Assembly: GCA_043228905.1 (NCBI GenBank)
Contig: JBHGNT010000015.1
Span: forward strand, 5,022,001-5,086,000
Source: Azolla caroliniana
Taxonomy: Eukaryota > Plantae > Polypodiophyta
Direction: 5' to 3'
Length of the DNA: 64,000 nt
The position numbers and the translations under genes were made by a program. Shown here in pieces: positions 12,570 to 25,394 of this stretch. Position 1 is the stretch's first letter. Each line of letters begins with the position of its first letter. The notes beneath the pieces are model-generated. The model was not told the DNA's origin. It made no database searches and saw nothing but the letters and a program-made list of their open reading frames with translations.

Positions 12570-13707
12570 TGTCGTGCCTTTCGGCGCCAGATCGTTGCTT
12601 GAGTCGGGGGAACCACTGGGGTTTTGGACTAGGAGGAGGAAGAATTTGAGACAAGTTTATAGTTATGGATAGATTATTAGAAAGAGAGTTAGAAACTTGT
12701 GAATCCCACAAGTATAATGTATTAGATTAATCAATATTTAGTCGTATAATCTCGCGTTAGAGTTGGCAATCTTCATGTCAAAGCCCTCCTTTGTCGAGAT
12801 CTCATCCTTGGTAACACCCTTCAAATATGCTTGGCCCGCTTGGTCCTTGTCATCCTTTGTAGTGCACCTGCTTGGCCTCTTCCTTGTCTTCATCAACCTT
12901 GACTTTTTTCTGGATCGGTCTAGTCCGATCGGCTTTCGATTGAGTCATATTAGCTTCTTTCTTATTCGGTCTCGTCTGATCGGCTTTCGGTTGGATCGGC
13001 TTCCGATCGGATTCGTATTCGGCTGAATCGGACTCGGTTGATCAGTTTTGACCGAGGGCCCCCTTTCATGTCGGTTTTTGTTTAGATCGGAATTTCGTCT
13101 GGATCATCTGTTACCGGCTCGCAAAGGAGTCCAGAGTGGGAAACGGGGAGTTATTTAAGTAGTAGGAATGTGGTTGTAATTAAGCTATGAGTGTGGACGG
13201 ACGGACCGGAATCGGTATGCTGTTCCGGATCTGGACCGATCCCGAACAGGTGCCGATGGCACCGTTTTGTAATCTGGACCGGAAACCTACTTAAAGGCCT
13301 GGATACAATGTAATTAAGAGCGGTTAATTAATAAAGCTTAGTATTGTTATCTCTTTGTGTTAATTGCCGTTTTGCCTTAATTGTTATGTCTTACGCGTGT
13401 GATCATGCTAAGTATCTTAATTAAGTCGGATTAATTGTTGAGTCTAATCCTATTGCTGTAACACCCTTTGGTGAAGTGTCTTCCATAGAAACCCTATGTT
13501 AGGCCATTGTCCGGCCCTAAGAGTTAACACAGTTTTTGGCGACCACGATTCCTGTTTTTGCAGCGAACGACGGCACAGATGGATGTCTAGATCAACGCAC
13601 GACCTGGTTACAGATCGAACTCGACACCTTGCCGAAAGGCAAAGGAGACGTGAGGCTTTCTAGCAAGCGGCGCCGGAAATTAGAGCGGATCGCTCGTTTT
13701 CCAACGT

Positions 13708-14473
13708 TGTCGTGGTGTATTTCGTACACTACGTGAAAAACTTATAAAGTACCGATTTAATAAATATGAATAAATAGTAGAAAATATTAAAATATATGTA
13801 ACATGCATAGGGCAAGATTCGAACCTTGCACCTCATGTTAATAATGTAATGTCTTACCATTACAGTAGCATTTCATTAGTGTTCAAAAATAGATGTTCCA
13901 CATAGAAAGCTTAGTTCACCTAGGATAAACTTTAGTTAAAAGAAAACGCATGCTAAAAGAAAAAGCTACGCATGCACATCTAGCGTGCATGAATGCTATA
14001 GTTGATAAAAAAACGCACAAGTTAGAAAAAGCATGATCACTTTAGATAAAGCATATAGTCTATCTATAGGAAAAGCATGGAGTCTATAGTTAGAACAAAA
14101 GAAGCATGGACTCCCTCATCACTACATAAGGATGGGGAGCACAATGTAATAGGTGTGTGAAATATTTGGAAATTGGATATATTTCCGAAAACACCAACCG
14201 ATTAATATAATCGTGGGATTCACGAAAATAATATAATCTATACTTGTGGGATTCACAAGTTTCTTATATCTTTCTTTCAATCTAAATACATATTCTTATC
14301 TAAATATTCATTAATCGAATACAATACACTCGTGGGATTCACGAAATTTCTATCTCTCTTTCTAATAATCTATTCATTACTAGCCTCATCTTATATTCTT
14401 TTTTCTCCTAGTCCAAAACCCCAGTGGTTCCCACCCGACTCACGCAAACGATCCGGAGCCGAAAGGCACGACA
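13708..14473 (+). mobile_element. Solo LTR of family X inserted in element Y
   Basis: Reverse complement of 21086..21910; TGTCGTG...CACGACA termini; flanked by acgt / acat (4-bp TSD with a CpG transition). Confidence 0.88.
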
Positions 14474-17400
14474 ACATAATCCGGAGAGTAGTGGAGGACT
14501 CCCTTTGGTTACAGCAAACATCGCACCCGGACGACGGCAGCAGCCTAAGCAGCCTCCGGGAAACTGAATCCCTTCTCCACGTGTTGGCAAACGGAGAAGG
14601 CGAAGCAGAAGCCTTTTCAGCATATGAATGGGACGCTGGAAATAAATCGGGAAAGACCACCGACGCCGGAGAAAATTCCGGAACGAGCACCAACACTGCC
14701 AGCCCGCGCACCGATACCGGACGACGACATGTCGTTCCAGTACTCCAAGTATAGAGAAGATCCGAATGCGGAAGCTCATGTGCACGCCTTTGTACAGACA
14801 TGGGAAGCCAACCATGTGTCCCAACAATTGACCCCGGATGAAGAAGAACGCTCTAAGATAGCGGAATTTGGCGTCACATTGGAGGGACCGGCGACAAGAT
14901 GGCGCCGGATGCAGGACCCGTCTACCATCAACACCTTTGCAGATTTAAAAGCTAAATTCTTGCTATTTTTCCAAAAGGAGGTGGACCAGACCATAATGGT
15001 AGGCCTATTTTATACCATCCGATAGGAGGCATGGGAGAGCATTCCACAATTTGTCATCCGGTTTCAACGGATGCATAGTCAGCTTGGCCGCGCACCCCTG
15101 GAGGAGGAATTACGGACTATATTCCTAAACGCGCTCCGGGAACCCCTACGCACGGTTTGCACGGTAATTGACTTCCGCACAAGTACCATCGACCAGGTCA
15201 TCGACCAGGTGAAAGAGATGGAAAAGACAAGCTCCTGGCTCACACTGGGAGCACTCCAACGGGCGTTAGCATCCAATGAAGACCTCCGGTTTCGGCAAGC
15301 AATACAGTGCACAACCTGCTCGAATTCCAGACACTCGGCTCTAGAATGCACTATGAGGACGCAATGTGTAATCTGTCAATCCAAGGGCCATACGACGGAT
15401 AGGTGCGAGTATAATCTATTGAACCGGCAAGCACCGCCCGTCCGACAAATTGAGCCACGCAGCAGCCAGGATGAAGAAGAGGAACGCTAGCGGCGAATGG
15501 ACCGCGACCGACCGGCACAAGATGTCCGGTACGACGACCAACAGGAGAATGATGTCCGGCACGGCGATCGACGGGAGAATGAGGTCCGGTACAGCGATCA
15601 GCGGGATAACTATGACCGGCATGATCGGTACCAGGAGTACAATAGACGATACGAACATTACGACCGGGAGCACTCCCCCGGGTATCGTCAGCAACGGGAG
15701 GAATACGGCAGATATAACGGGCAACCCCGTCAAGAGTACCGCAATAAGAAGAGCTATAACAAAAAACGGCATTTCAAAAAAGGCGGCTACCCACGGGATC
15801 CAGAACAAGGAGCTCCAAGCAGCCAACAGGTCCAAAACCCCGCGCGTACCGCAGAACCTACACCGGGTACAACAGACAATGCCGAATCCAGCAATACCCG
15901 GAAAGCCTACTGCTACTACTGTCGACAGGAAGGCCATTATAGTAATCAATGCCCGGTGAAGAGCTATGAAAAACGACCGGCGGTAAATATGGTAGTTCTT
16001 GAGGTGGTAGATCTGTAGCAGGTGACCACAAGGTCGAAGGGCATGGCCAAAGAATGGGAGACGCAGGAGACCATCCGGAAACAAGCAACGGAATGGGTGA
16101 AGAAAGCAAACGAGCAGAATGTCACAGACTTACAACGGTAAAAGGAGAACACCGTAGGGCTTGCCGACGGTAGTCACTCCGAGAACGAGACATGGAAGGC
16201 GTTGCAAGAATGCCAGATTACGTTGCCACTAGGAAGACTCTTACAACTCGTGCCAAGATTCACGGAAGGACTGAAGACGGCCATGATGGCAGGAGAACCA
16301 TCACCGGCACTGGTACTCTTCTCGAATCCAGAGGAGGGACCAACGGTGGTGGACACCAGCAGTCCGGTAATCACTGCCATTGTAAAAGGGAAAGAACTCC
16401 CCGGCACAGTTATAGACGGAGGCTCTGGGGTGAATGTAATAAGCCTCCGGACGTGTGATGCCCTAGGAATCCACGAGTGGGAGCCGTGTCTGTTCTGGTT
16501 GCGGTTGGCCGATACAAGCTCAGTGCGGCTGACAGGATTAATACGGAAATTAGAAGTCACTGTGGGCGGTCATACATTTCACATCTCGGCAGTAGTGCTA
16601 CAATTACAGGCACAAGGTGCATACCCGCTATTACTGGGGCGGCCATGGTTGAAAACGGCACATATCAAACAGAATTGGAGGAAAAATATAATTACCTTCC
16701 GGCGAGGAAAAGCCAAGGTACGGGTACCAACACAGCCAAGGACGAGCACTGGCAAGGAATGTACACCGTTGTATGCGGAATGCGTCAACATGCTAGAAGG
16801 GTTAGCTGACGAAGAAGAAGCTCAGTACTTGTAGGAAAACCCGAAGATCATACCCCTCTTCGAAATTGACATTGCCGAAGCAGTAGCACCATACTTACCG
16901 TAACCGGAAGAGGCTGAAGCAGAACCGGATAAAGACGCAATCCGGGAGCTACGGCAAGCGTAGGAAGCGTTGGAACGGGAAATGGCCGTTTCACAGCGCG
17001 TAAAAGCGTCGCAACTGGAAGAGGTGAACCTAGGGACCACAGACGAAGCAAAACCGGTGCACATCGCCAAGGAGATGAAGTCCGAAGACAAAACGGCAAT
17101 GATCACACTTCTCACGGAATTTCGCGATGTGTTCGCCTGGTCATACGAAGACATGCGAGGACTCGACCCTCAGTTATACCAACATTAGGTGCACTTGAGC
17201 AAGGACGCAAAACCAGTGGCACAAAGATGGTACCGGATGAATCCCAATTATGCCGCCAAAGTGAAAGAGGAAATTGACAAACTACTAAGAGTTGGCTTTA
17301 TCCGTCCGGCAAAGAAAGCGACATGGCTGAGCCCGATCGTAGTCGTACCGAAGAAGAACGGAAAAATTTGAGTTTGTGTGGATTACCGGAAACTCAATGC

Positions 17401-18930
17401 AGCTACGGTAACGGATGCGTTTCCACTTCCGTTCACAGATGGAGTGTTGGATGCCGTCGCCGGCCATGAGGTCTATAGCTTCCTAGACGGATTCAACGGG
17501 TATAATCAGATCCGGATGCACCCCGACGACCAAGAGAAAATGGCTTTCGTCACCGAATGGGGGGTGTTTGTGGTCGTGGTGATGATGTTCGGACTCAAAA
17601 CGGCACCGACAACATTTCAACGAATCATCATGGAAATCTTTGGTGAATATATTCCAGCTTTTATGCAGGTTTTACTTGACGATTTCGCCGTCTATAGCCG
17701 GGAGGAGGACCATTTTCAGCACCTCCGTCTTTGTCTAGAAAAGTGTAGAGCGTACCGGCTAAGCTTGAATCCGGCAAAGTGTGTATTTGGCGTGTCCAGT
17801 GGAACTCTATTAGGACATATTGTGAGCCAAGAAGGTATTGCAGTCGACCCGGACAAAGTGAAAGCCATATTAGAAGCACCGGCGCCGGCAACGGCAAAGG
17901 CATTAAGCCGGTTCTTAGGCCAGATCCGGTGGCACAGCCGGATGCTCCGATACTTGGCCGACCTAGCTACATCGTTGCATGCCGTTGTACATTGCACACC
18001 ATTCTAGTGGACCGACACCAAGGATAGGGCGTATAGGGCCCTCAAGGTACTATTGTCGCAAGCACCGGTAGTGCAGCCTCCGGATTGGAGTAAAGAATTT
18101 CACGTGTTCGTGGACGCCTCCGACATCGCAATCGGAAGCGTACTGATGTAGCATACGGAGCCAAAGTGGTACCGGCCAGTGTACTATGCCAGCCGAAAGC
18201 CATCCCAAGCAGAACGGAACTACTCTACCATGGAACGGGAAGCTCTAGGGATGATCTACAGTGTGACAAAGTTTCGGCATTATTTATTGGGAAGGAAGTT
18301 TTCCTTCCATGTAGATCATTCGGCACTCCTGTACCTAGTGTCCAAAGCATCACTCACCGGCAAATTGGCCCAGTGGACCTTACTGTTCCAGGAATTCGAG
18401 TTTGAAATATTCCACCGACCCGGTATACAGTAATGTCGTGGCGGATTACTCAAGCCGATTAGAGTCCGGAGAGACGGGTGACGGAGTAGCGGATGAGTTT
18501 CCGGATGCGGAGCTGTTTCGAGTCACTACGGAAACGGCAGCAGATGAGACGGTGGCACATGAAGACAAGTGGCTCATAAACATGCACCAGTTTCTAAGCA
18601 CAGGACTGCCTCCGGAAGAGATGAACCGGGACGAACAGAAACGCCTGGCGGTGCAAAGCCGCCATTTCTTCTTACTGCAAGACACACTTTACCACAAGGG
18701 CGCGGACGGCATATGGAGACGGGCTGTGCGCAACAATGAAAAGGACCTGATACTGAGGGAAGCTTACTGCGGAGTTGTCGGAGGTCACTATGCCGGGGAT
18801 GCAACGGCCAGGAAAATATGGCAAAGTGGCCTATGGTGGCCAACGACATTAAGAGATGCGGTACAGTACGCAAAAGAATGTGACCTATGCCAGCGAATGG
18901 GCCAACCAACAGAGCAGGCAGCTCGTAGCT
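14474..18930 (+). pseudogene. gag-pol pseudogene of element Y
   Basis: Gag with CCHC knuckles (CTTCSNSRHSALEC, CVICQSKGHTTDRC, CYYCRQEGHYSNQC), protease IDGGSGVN, RT FLDGFNGYNQI...LDDF, RNase H (VDAS..., NYSTMEREALG), integrase Zn finger (GGHY...CDLC). Many stops. Confidence 0.92.
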
Positions 18931-21910
18931 CGGCTAGACGATGATAGGCTGGGCGTTCAAATCCAGTTTGAAAGCTACGAGCGGTCCCGGGTTCGGGAAG
19001 AAAAAGCACGGGAAGAGGCAACGGTTAACCTTAGTGATGAGGACTCGTCGCCGGCCGAGGGCCAGCCCGGAACCAGTCAACCGGAGACCACTACGACAGA
19101 GGGAGCAACGACGGAGACGCCGGTGTCAGAGCAACAAACGGAGGAGCAGCTGCAGCAGCCACCAACGGACCCGACGCAGTAGACATCAACAGAGCAGCAA
19201 CAACAACAACAACCAATTATAGATGAACCATTGGAGACTCTCGAACAAAGCATTCTGGATATTTTGGACAAAGAATAGCAAGGGTTGGTTGTGGATTCGA
19301 CATACAAGGTACTGTCCCACGGGCGTGCCATGTGTTACCAGCCGGCAAAGGAGTCCAGAGTGGGAAACGGGGAGTTATTTAAGTAGTAGGAATGTGGTTG
19401 TAATTAAGCTATGAGTGTGGACGGACGGACCGGAATCGGTATGCCGTTCCGGATCCGGACCGATCCCGAACAGGTGCAGATAGCACCGTTTTGTAATACA
19501 GACCGGAAACCTATTTAAATGCTCGGATACAATGTAATGAAGAGCGGTTAATTAATAAAGCTTAGTGTTGTTATCTCTCTGTGTTAATTGCCGTTCTGCC
19601 TTAATTGTTATATCTTACGCGTGTGATTATGAAAGACGATCATGCTAAGTAACTTAATTAAGTCGGATTAATCGTTGAGTCTAATCCTGTTGCCGTAACA
19701 CCCTTTGGTGAAGCGTCTTCCGTAGACACCCTGTGTTAGGCCATTGTCCGACCCTAAGAGTTAACATCCTCTTCCATCCAAACCGGCTTCCAACTTTACC
19801 TTTCTCGCCGTCATCTCCCGTCTCTCCGGTCTCACGTTGGTACTCGGACACAACCGCCAAAGTCTCTAGAATTAATGGGTAGGAATCCTTGGTATTACCG
19901 TCCTCCATCGTTTCACCCCATAGCCACCTTCTCGGCTATCTCTCCGTCATATGCATCGGCTTCGACCTTTGTTTTCTCTCCGCCACCTTCCGTCTCTTCG
20001 GTCTCACGTTGCCTTCCAGACGCAACCGCCGGAATCTCTGGAATTAGTGATGGGAAAGTCTCGATATGGTCATCCGACATTGATTCATCCATAGCCACCT
20101 CCGATTCGTTGTAATATTTTGTGGCGACCTCCTTAATCAAGTCCGCCTCGCACTCTTTATCTCCATCAATTATGAAAGCATCTATTATGCTTACCTCTTT
20201 CTCATCCAATGTCTCGAACACTCGTATCCCGAAATCTTCTTCTACAGTTGAAGTGGTGTTCACCACTCTTAGCTTATCGGCCTTATCCTTCGCCATCGTT
20301 CTTTCACAAGACAAGACGGTAGCTTGTTCTACACCCTCTCTCGTGGTACCTACGTATTGTATTTTGGCCTTCATGTCGGCTACATCATTTGTCCTCAATC
20401 GACCATCCTTCATGAGCCATGTGGTTGATAAGATTCTCATCTTCCTCTCATCATGTCTCCGGCATACCCTTTCGACTTTGGCCCAATCCTCGGTAAGACC
20501 GTTCACACCATCATCATCTTCGAGCTCGATCCCGATGTCCATCCTTTCTTTCCAATCAATCGAACAAACATTAGGACTTTAACTCCTCCACCAATCTTTG
20601 TTCCCGCTCCGAGAGTCGAGCAAAACGATGCTCGAACTCTAGGAATGCTAGTGTCGCAGTTCGGTGAGTCTTTGTCGATGCCACCCACTTGTTCAACTTG
20701 CGTCGATCTCGTCCCATCGATCTCTCGTAGTCATACTTCTCCAATAGTGCTTTCTCAAAGGACACCCACGTTGTGTTCTATTGTCATACCTCGTATATGC
20801 TCTCTTGGAGCTCGTCTGAGGCCACCCAACTAAAGGATATCACTTGCTATCCTTCCGGTATCCGACATCGCATCATCTCTGCCTTGTATTCACATAGATA
20901 AAGTGACACATCATTGTCGTTGAATTGCCCATTCCGTTGCACAATCCGCTCTACTGCTGACTTCATATCCGACATCGCACGTTGCTCTTGTTCCATCCGC
21001 TCAATCATCATCATCATTATGCTCATCGCCTCTTGTTAATTCTCCATCTCCTTGACACCCGCTTTCACGTCGGGCTCAACATTTGTGTCGTGCCTTTCGG
21101 CGCCAAATCTTTGCGTGAGTCGGGTGGGAACCAGTGGGGTTTTGGACTAGGAGGAGGAAGAATTTGAGACAAGTTTATAGTTATGGATAGATTATTAGAA
21201 AGAGAGTTAGAATCCCACAAGTATAATGTATTAGATTAATCAATATTTAGATAAGCATATGAATTTAGATTGAAAGATTATTAGATTTATTAATATTACA
21301 AGTATAGATTATTAGATTTATTAATATTTAGAATCCTAATTACAATATATCATAGATTGGAAGCGAGAGATATGGAAACCTTTGTGAATCCCACAAATAT
21401 AATTTATTAATTATAGGCGTTTTAGGAAATATATCCAATTTCCAAAGTTTTCCCACACCTTTTACATTGTGCTCCCCATCCTTATGTAGTGATGAGGGAG
21501 TCTTAGTAATCCATGCTTTTTTTTTCTAACTATACTCCATGCTTTTCCTATAGATAGACTATATGCTTTATCTAAAGTGATCATGCTTTTTCCAACTTGT
21601 GTGTTTTTTATCGACTATAGCGTTCATGCACGCTAGATGTGCATGCATAGCTTTTTCTTTTAGCATGCGTTTTTCTTTTAACTAAAGTTTATCCTAGGTG
21701 AACTTACCTTTGTATGTGGGACATCTACTTTTTAACACTAATGAAATGCTAGGGTAATGGTAAGGTTTCACATTATTAACATGGAGGTGCAAGGTTCAAA
21801 TCTTGCCCTATGCATGTATTATTTATTTTGAGATTTTCTTCTATTTCTTCATATTTACTAAAACGTTACTTTATAAGTTTTTCATGTACTATATGAAATA
21901 CACTACGACA

Positions 21911-22447
21911 ACGTGTGTCAAGGTCCCATAATTGTTATCTGAACTACCCATCAATTCCATAACCAAGGAATATACATTTTCTGCATTTATAGTCCAATTT
22001 CTTTCTTAGAGTTTATGGAACATGCACATATGCTTTGCATCAAAAAACTCTAAGATGAGCATAATGAGGCGTCTTGCCTATCCACAACTCTTGTGCCACT
22101 TTTAGACCTATGGCTATGTTCGGTGATAGATTAATCACATGGGATGCTACTAAAACAGTTTCTACCCAAAAACCTTCCAAGAGGTTTGCATGGTGTAACA
22201 TAGAAACATCTTTGTCCTGGATGGTTCTATTCATCCTCTCAGCCAAACCATTTTGGATAGGGGTGTAAGGAGTTGTAAACTCTCTCCGAATGCCTCTAGA
22301 CTTACAAAAGTCATCAAATTCATGAGAGGTATACTCACCTCCATTGTCCGAACGTAAAGCCTTAACTCAACTCAACTCCAATAAGCCATTGTCCTTTTCC
22401 AACTCAACTCCAATAAGCCATTTTTTGGAAGTAGGGTATACATCATC
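21911..22447 (-). mobile_element. Old Copia O, integrase segment
   Basis: AERMNRTI...FWVE...INLSP. Continues in frame with 12569 once element X and one ACGT copy are removed. Confidence 0.85.
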
Positions 22448-22681
22448 TGTGAAAGTAAACACGCGGAAGCTAATGAATAATCGGCTCTGCCAAACAACAA
22501 TAGAAAGAATGAAGAAAGAGAAAGATTCAACGGAGACCTCAAAACACACACAGAGTACTTGGGAGAGTGAGCAGAACATAAAATCTATTACAGAAGAAAC
22601 AATTTGTGTACATAGAATGTGCTCAGTGAGAACTTTTATACAAGTCCATAAAAGGACTGATAGAAGTACTATGTACCCAAC
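22448..22681 (-). mobile_element. LTR fragment (possibly the 3' LTR end of Copia W)
   Basis: Starts TG at the break in Copia O; minus-strand TATAAAA and a CT-rich stretch; abuts Copia Z. Confidence 0.45.
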
Positions 22682-25394
22682 ATCAGCACCAAGAGAATCG
22701 ACTCCCCTCGATTTGGTCCACTCGGACGTCTGTGGCCCGATGCCACATCAGTCTCTCGGCGGTGCTTCGTACTTCGTCAGTTTTATTGACAACTCGACTC
22801 GGAAGGTGTGGGCTTACCCCATCAGAACCAAAGATTAGGTGTTCTCGATCTTCTCTGAATGGCTTGCAATGGTTGAGAATCAGACCGGTCGGAAACTGAA
22901 ATGTCTCCGAACCGACAATGGAGGAGAATTCAAGTCTGAAGAATTCGTCAAATTCTGCTGGGAACGCGGCATCGGACGTGAATATACGGCACCCTATAGT
23001 CCGAAGCAGAATGGAATTACTGAACGCATGAATCAGACGATTCAAGAACGCGTAGAATCCATGCTCCAACAGTCTGGACTATTGGATGGCTTCTGAGCGG
23101 AGGCTCTACTTACAACAGTACACATAATAAATATGTCGCCAAGTAGACCTCTAGGACTTCAAATACCTCAGGAAATATGGACCGGTAGTAAGCCGAATTA
23201 TGACAAACTAAGGATCTTCCGTTGTGAGGTGTATGCTCTCATACCGAAAGAAGACCGCCGGAAACTCAAACCAATGTCAAGGAAATGTGTTTTTCTTGGA
23301 TATGGACATGACGGTGAGATCGGATACGGACTTTGGGACCCCGAGCACAGACAAATCGTCCGAAGTTCGGACGTCGTGTTCAACGAGTCGGCTATGCATA
23401 AAACGGCCTAAAGGCCTATTGAAGTCTGAAGGGTAATATTTTCCGAAGTCCCAACCCTTCATGATGGCCCAGCCCACAACACGAGATCGGTTTCACGGGT
23501 AATCGACAACTCTCGCACCGAATCCACTGTTTCGGCACAGTCGAATGGCTCGGCTCCCGACCATCTGACATTGACACTCAGTGCGAAGGGATTTGGACAA
23601 TAATATGGCGTCAACTTCGACGAAATCTTTTCACCAGTGGTGAAAATGACGACCCTTCGTTTCATGCTCGGTGTCGTGGCCGCCGACAACTTGGAGCTGA
23701 TTCAGCTAGATGTAAAAACGACAATCCTCCACAGTGACCTACAGGAGGAAATCTATATGGAGCAGCTAAAAGGCTTTGTGGCATCCGGCCAGGAACATCT
23801 AGTCTGCCGACTCAAGAAGAGTCTCTACGGCCTAAAACAAGCACCCCGACAGTGGTACAAGAAGTTCGACGACTTCATCCAATCGGTTGGCTTCTCAAAG
23901 AGCGATGAGGACCACTGTCTCTTCACCAAAACAGCTCAAGACGGGTCCCCCGTCTTCCTCATCATCTACGTGGACGACATGCTACTCTCCGGTCGGCATG
24001 CCGGAGAACTCAACGAACTTGTTTGGCAATTGTGGTTGAAGTTTGCCATGAAGGACCTCGGTCCAGCATGACACATACTTGGTATGAAGATTAGTCGGTA
24101 TCGCGATACACAACAACTTTTCTTGTCTCAAACCGACTACATCGGATGTGTCTTAGAACGCTTCACCATGCAATCGGCCAAGTCTGCTTGGACCCCGCTC
24201 CCCATCAACCTTCAGTTGTCTCAGCGAGATTGTCCAACATTCGGTCCGGAGGGGGAAGATATGAAGTCGGTACCGTATGCACCGGCATTCGGCTCCCTCA
24301 TGTACGCGATGGTCGCAAAAAGGCCTGATATTTCTCACGTCGTAGGATTCGTCAGCAGATTCATGCACAACCCCAGCCGATCGCACTAGAACGCAGTCAA
24401 GCATGTGTCTAGATATCTAGCTGGCACAAAAGACCACGACATTCTTTTCAGCCTGAACTCAACCTCAGGCATAGTTGGTTACACCGACTCGGACTTCGCC
24501 AGCTGTGTGGACAGTCGAAAATCAACAACCACTGTTTCAAATTCAGCAATGGAGCAATCTCGTGGAAATCAAAACTTCAGGAGTGCACAGCGACCTCAAC
24601 GACCAAAGAGGAATATGTAGCTGCGTTCGACGCGGCAAAAGAAGCTCTATGGCTCGGTTGGCTGGCGCACACGTTTCGACAGGTCGACTCCGACTCAGCT
24701 CCAGTTTTTCTACAGTGACAGTAAGGGTGATGTTGCTTTGTCAAAAAATTCGGTTCACCATAACGCCTCTAAGCATATCGACGTTCAATATCACTTCGTT
24801 CAGGACTACGTCATTTCAGGGAAAATCGGTCTCGAGAAGATATCCACAACCGATAATGTCGCAGATGGAATGACCAAGTGTCTTTCGGCGGATCGTTTCC
24901 GGTCCCTTCGGCACCAGATGGGCTTAACGAAAAATCGGTCCGGTTAAAGTCGGATACACAGCACACGATGGTTTCGGACCACCGACATCGCTTATCTGAG
25001 GATCGGCTTTAGCTCTTCCGACCCGACCGATTCGGTCTTCTGTTTTCGGATCTTGCCGACTCTGACAAAATTAATCTATCCGATAAACCTTGTATATATA
25101 CCTGTAATTCCTTAAGATAACCCATGTATACGCCCATTACGGGGGAGTGTCAAATACGAGTGTATAATGGTCGTATTCACATTGTCCCTTTGGACAGCCC
25201 AAGTTCGGGCTATTTCTATAAATAGCATAAAGGGCAGTTGCCCTTGGATAGTCACTATATAAAGTGACTTTGTAACCTTTAGTGAAGGTTGGTTGTCATT
25301 TATAACTGTTGCTATTGGAATATAACATTTCCTTTGTGCCTCTCTCTCCCTCTGTGTTTATCTTGCTCATGCATACATAGGTACTTCTTCATCA
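22682..25394 (+). mobile_element. Ty1/Copia element Z, 5'-truncated (INT-RT-RH-3' LTR)
   Basis: LVHSDVCGP, LRTDNGGEF, YVDDML, KHIDVQYHFV; PPT acgggggag 25139..25147 followed by an LTR starting TG at 25148 (end approximate). Confidence 0.9.

Larger units (their letters stand above)
13109..19766 (+). mobile_element. Non-chromovirus Ty3/Gypsy element Y (two LTRs, integrase core deleted)
   Basis: LTRs 13109..13529 and 19333..19766 (TGTTA...TAACA). TSD tcatc/tcctc. PBS tggcgaccacg (~13537, tRNA-Arg). Domain order gag-PR-RT-RH-INT. Confidence 0.93.
12570..21910 (-). mobile_element. Gypsy-like LTR element X (tRNA-Trp PBS), internally deleted, hosts element Y
   Basis: 5' LTR 21086..21910 and truncated 3' LTR 12570..~12740, with TGTCGT...ACGACA termini. 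ACGT duplicated at 12566..12569 and 21911..21914. PBS-like tgttgagcccgacgtgaa (21064..21081, minus strand). Gag-like ORFs at 19913..21080. No pol remains, so the superfamily is inferred. Confidence 0.75.
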
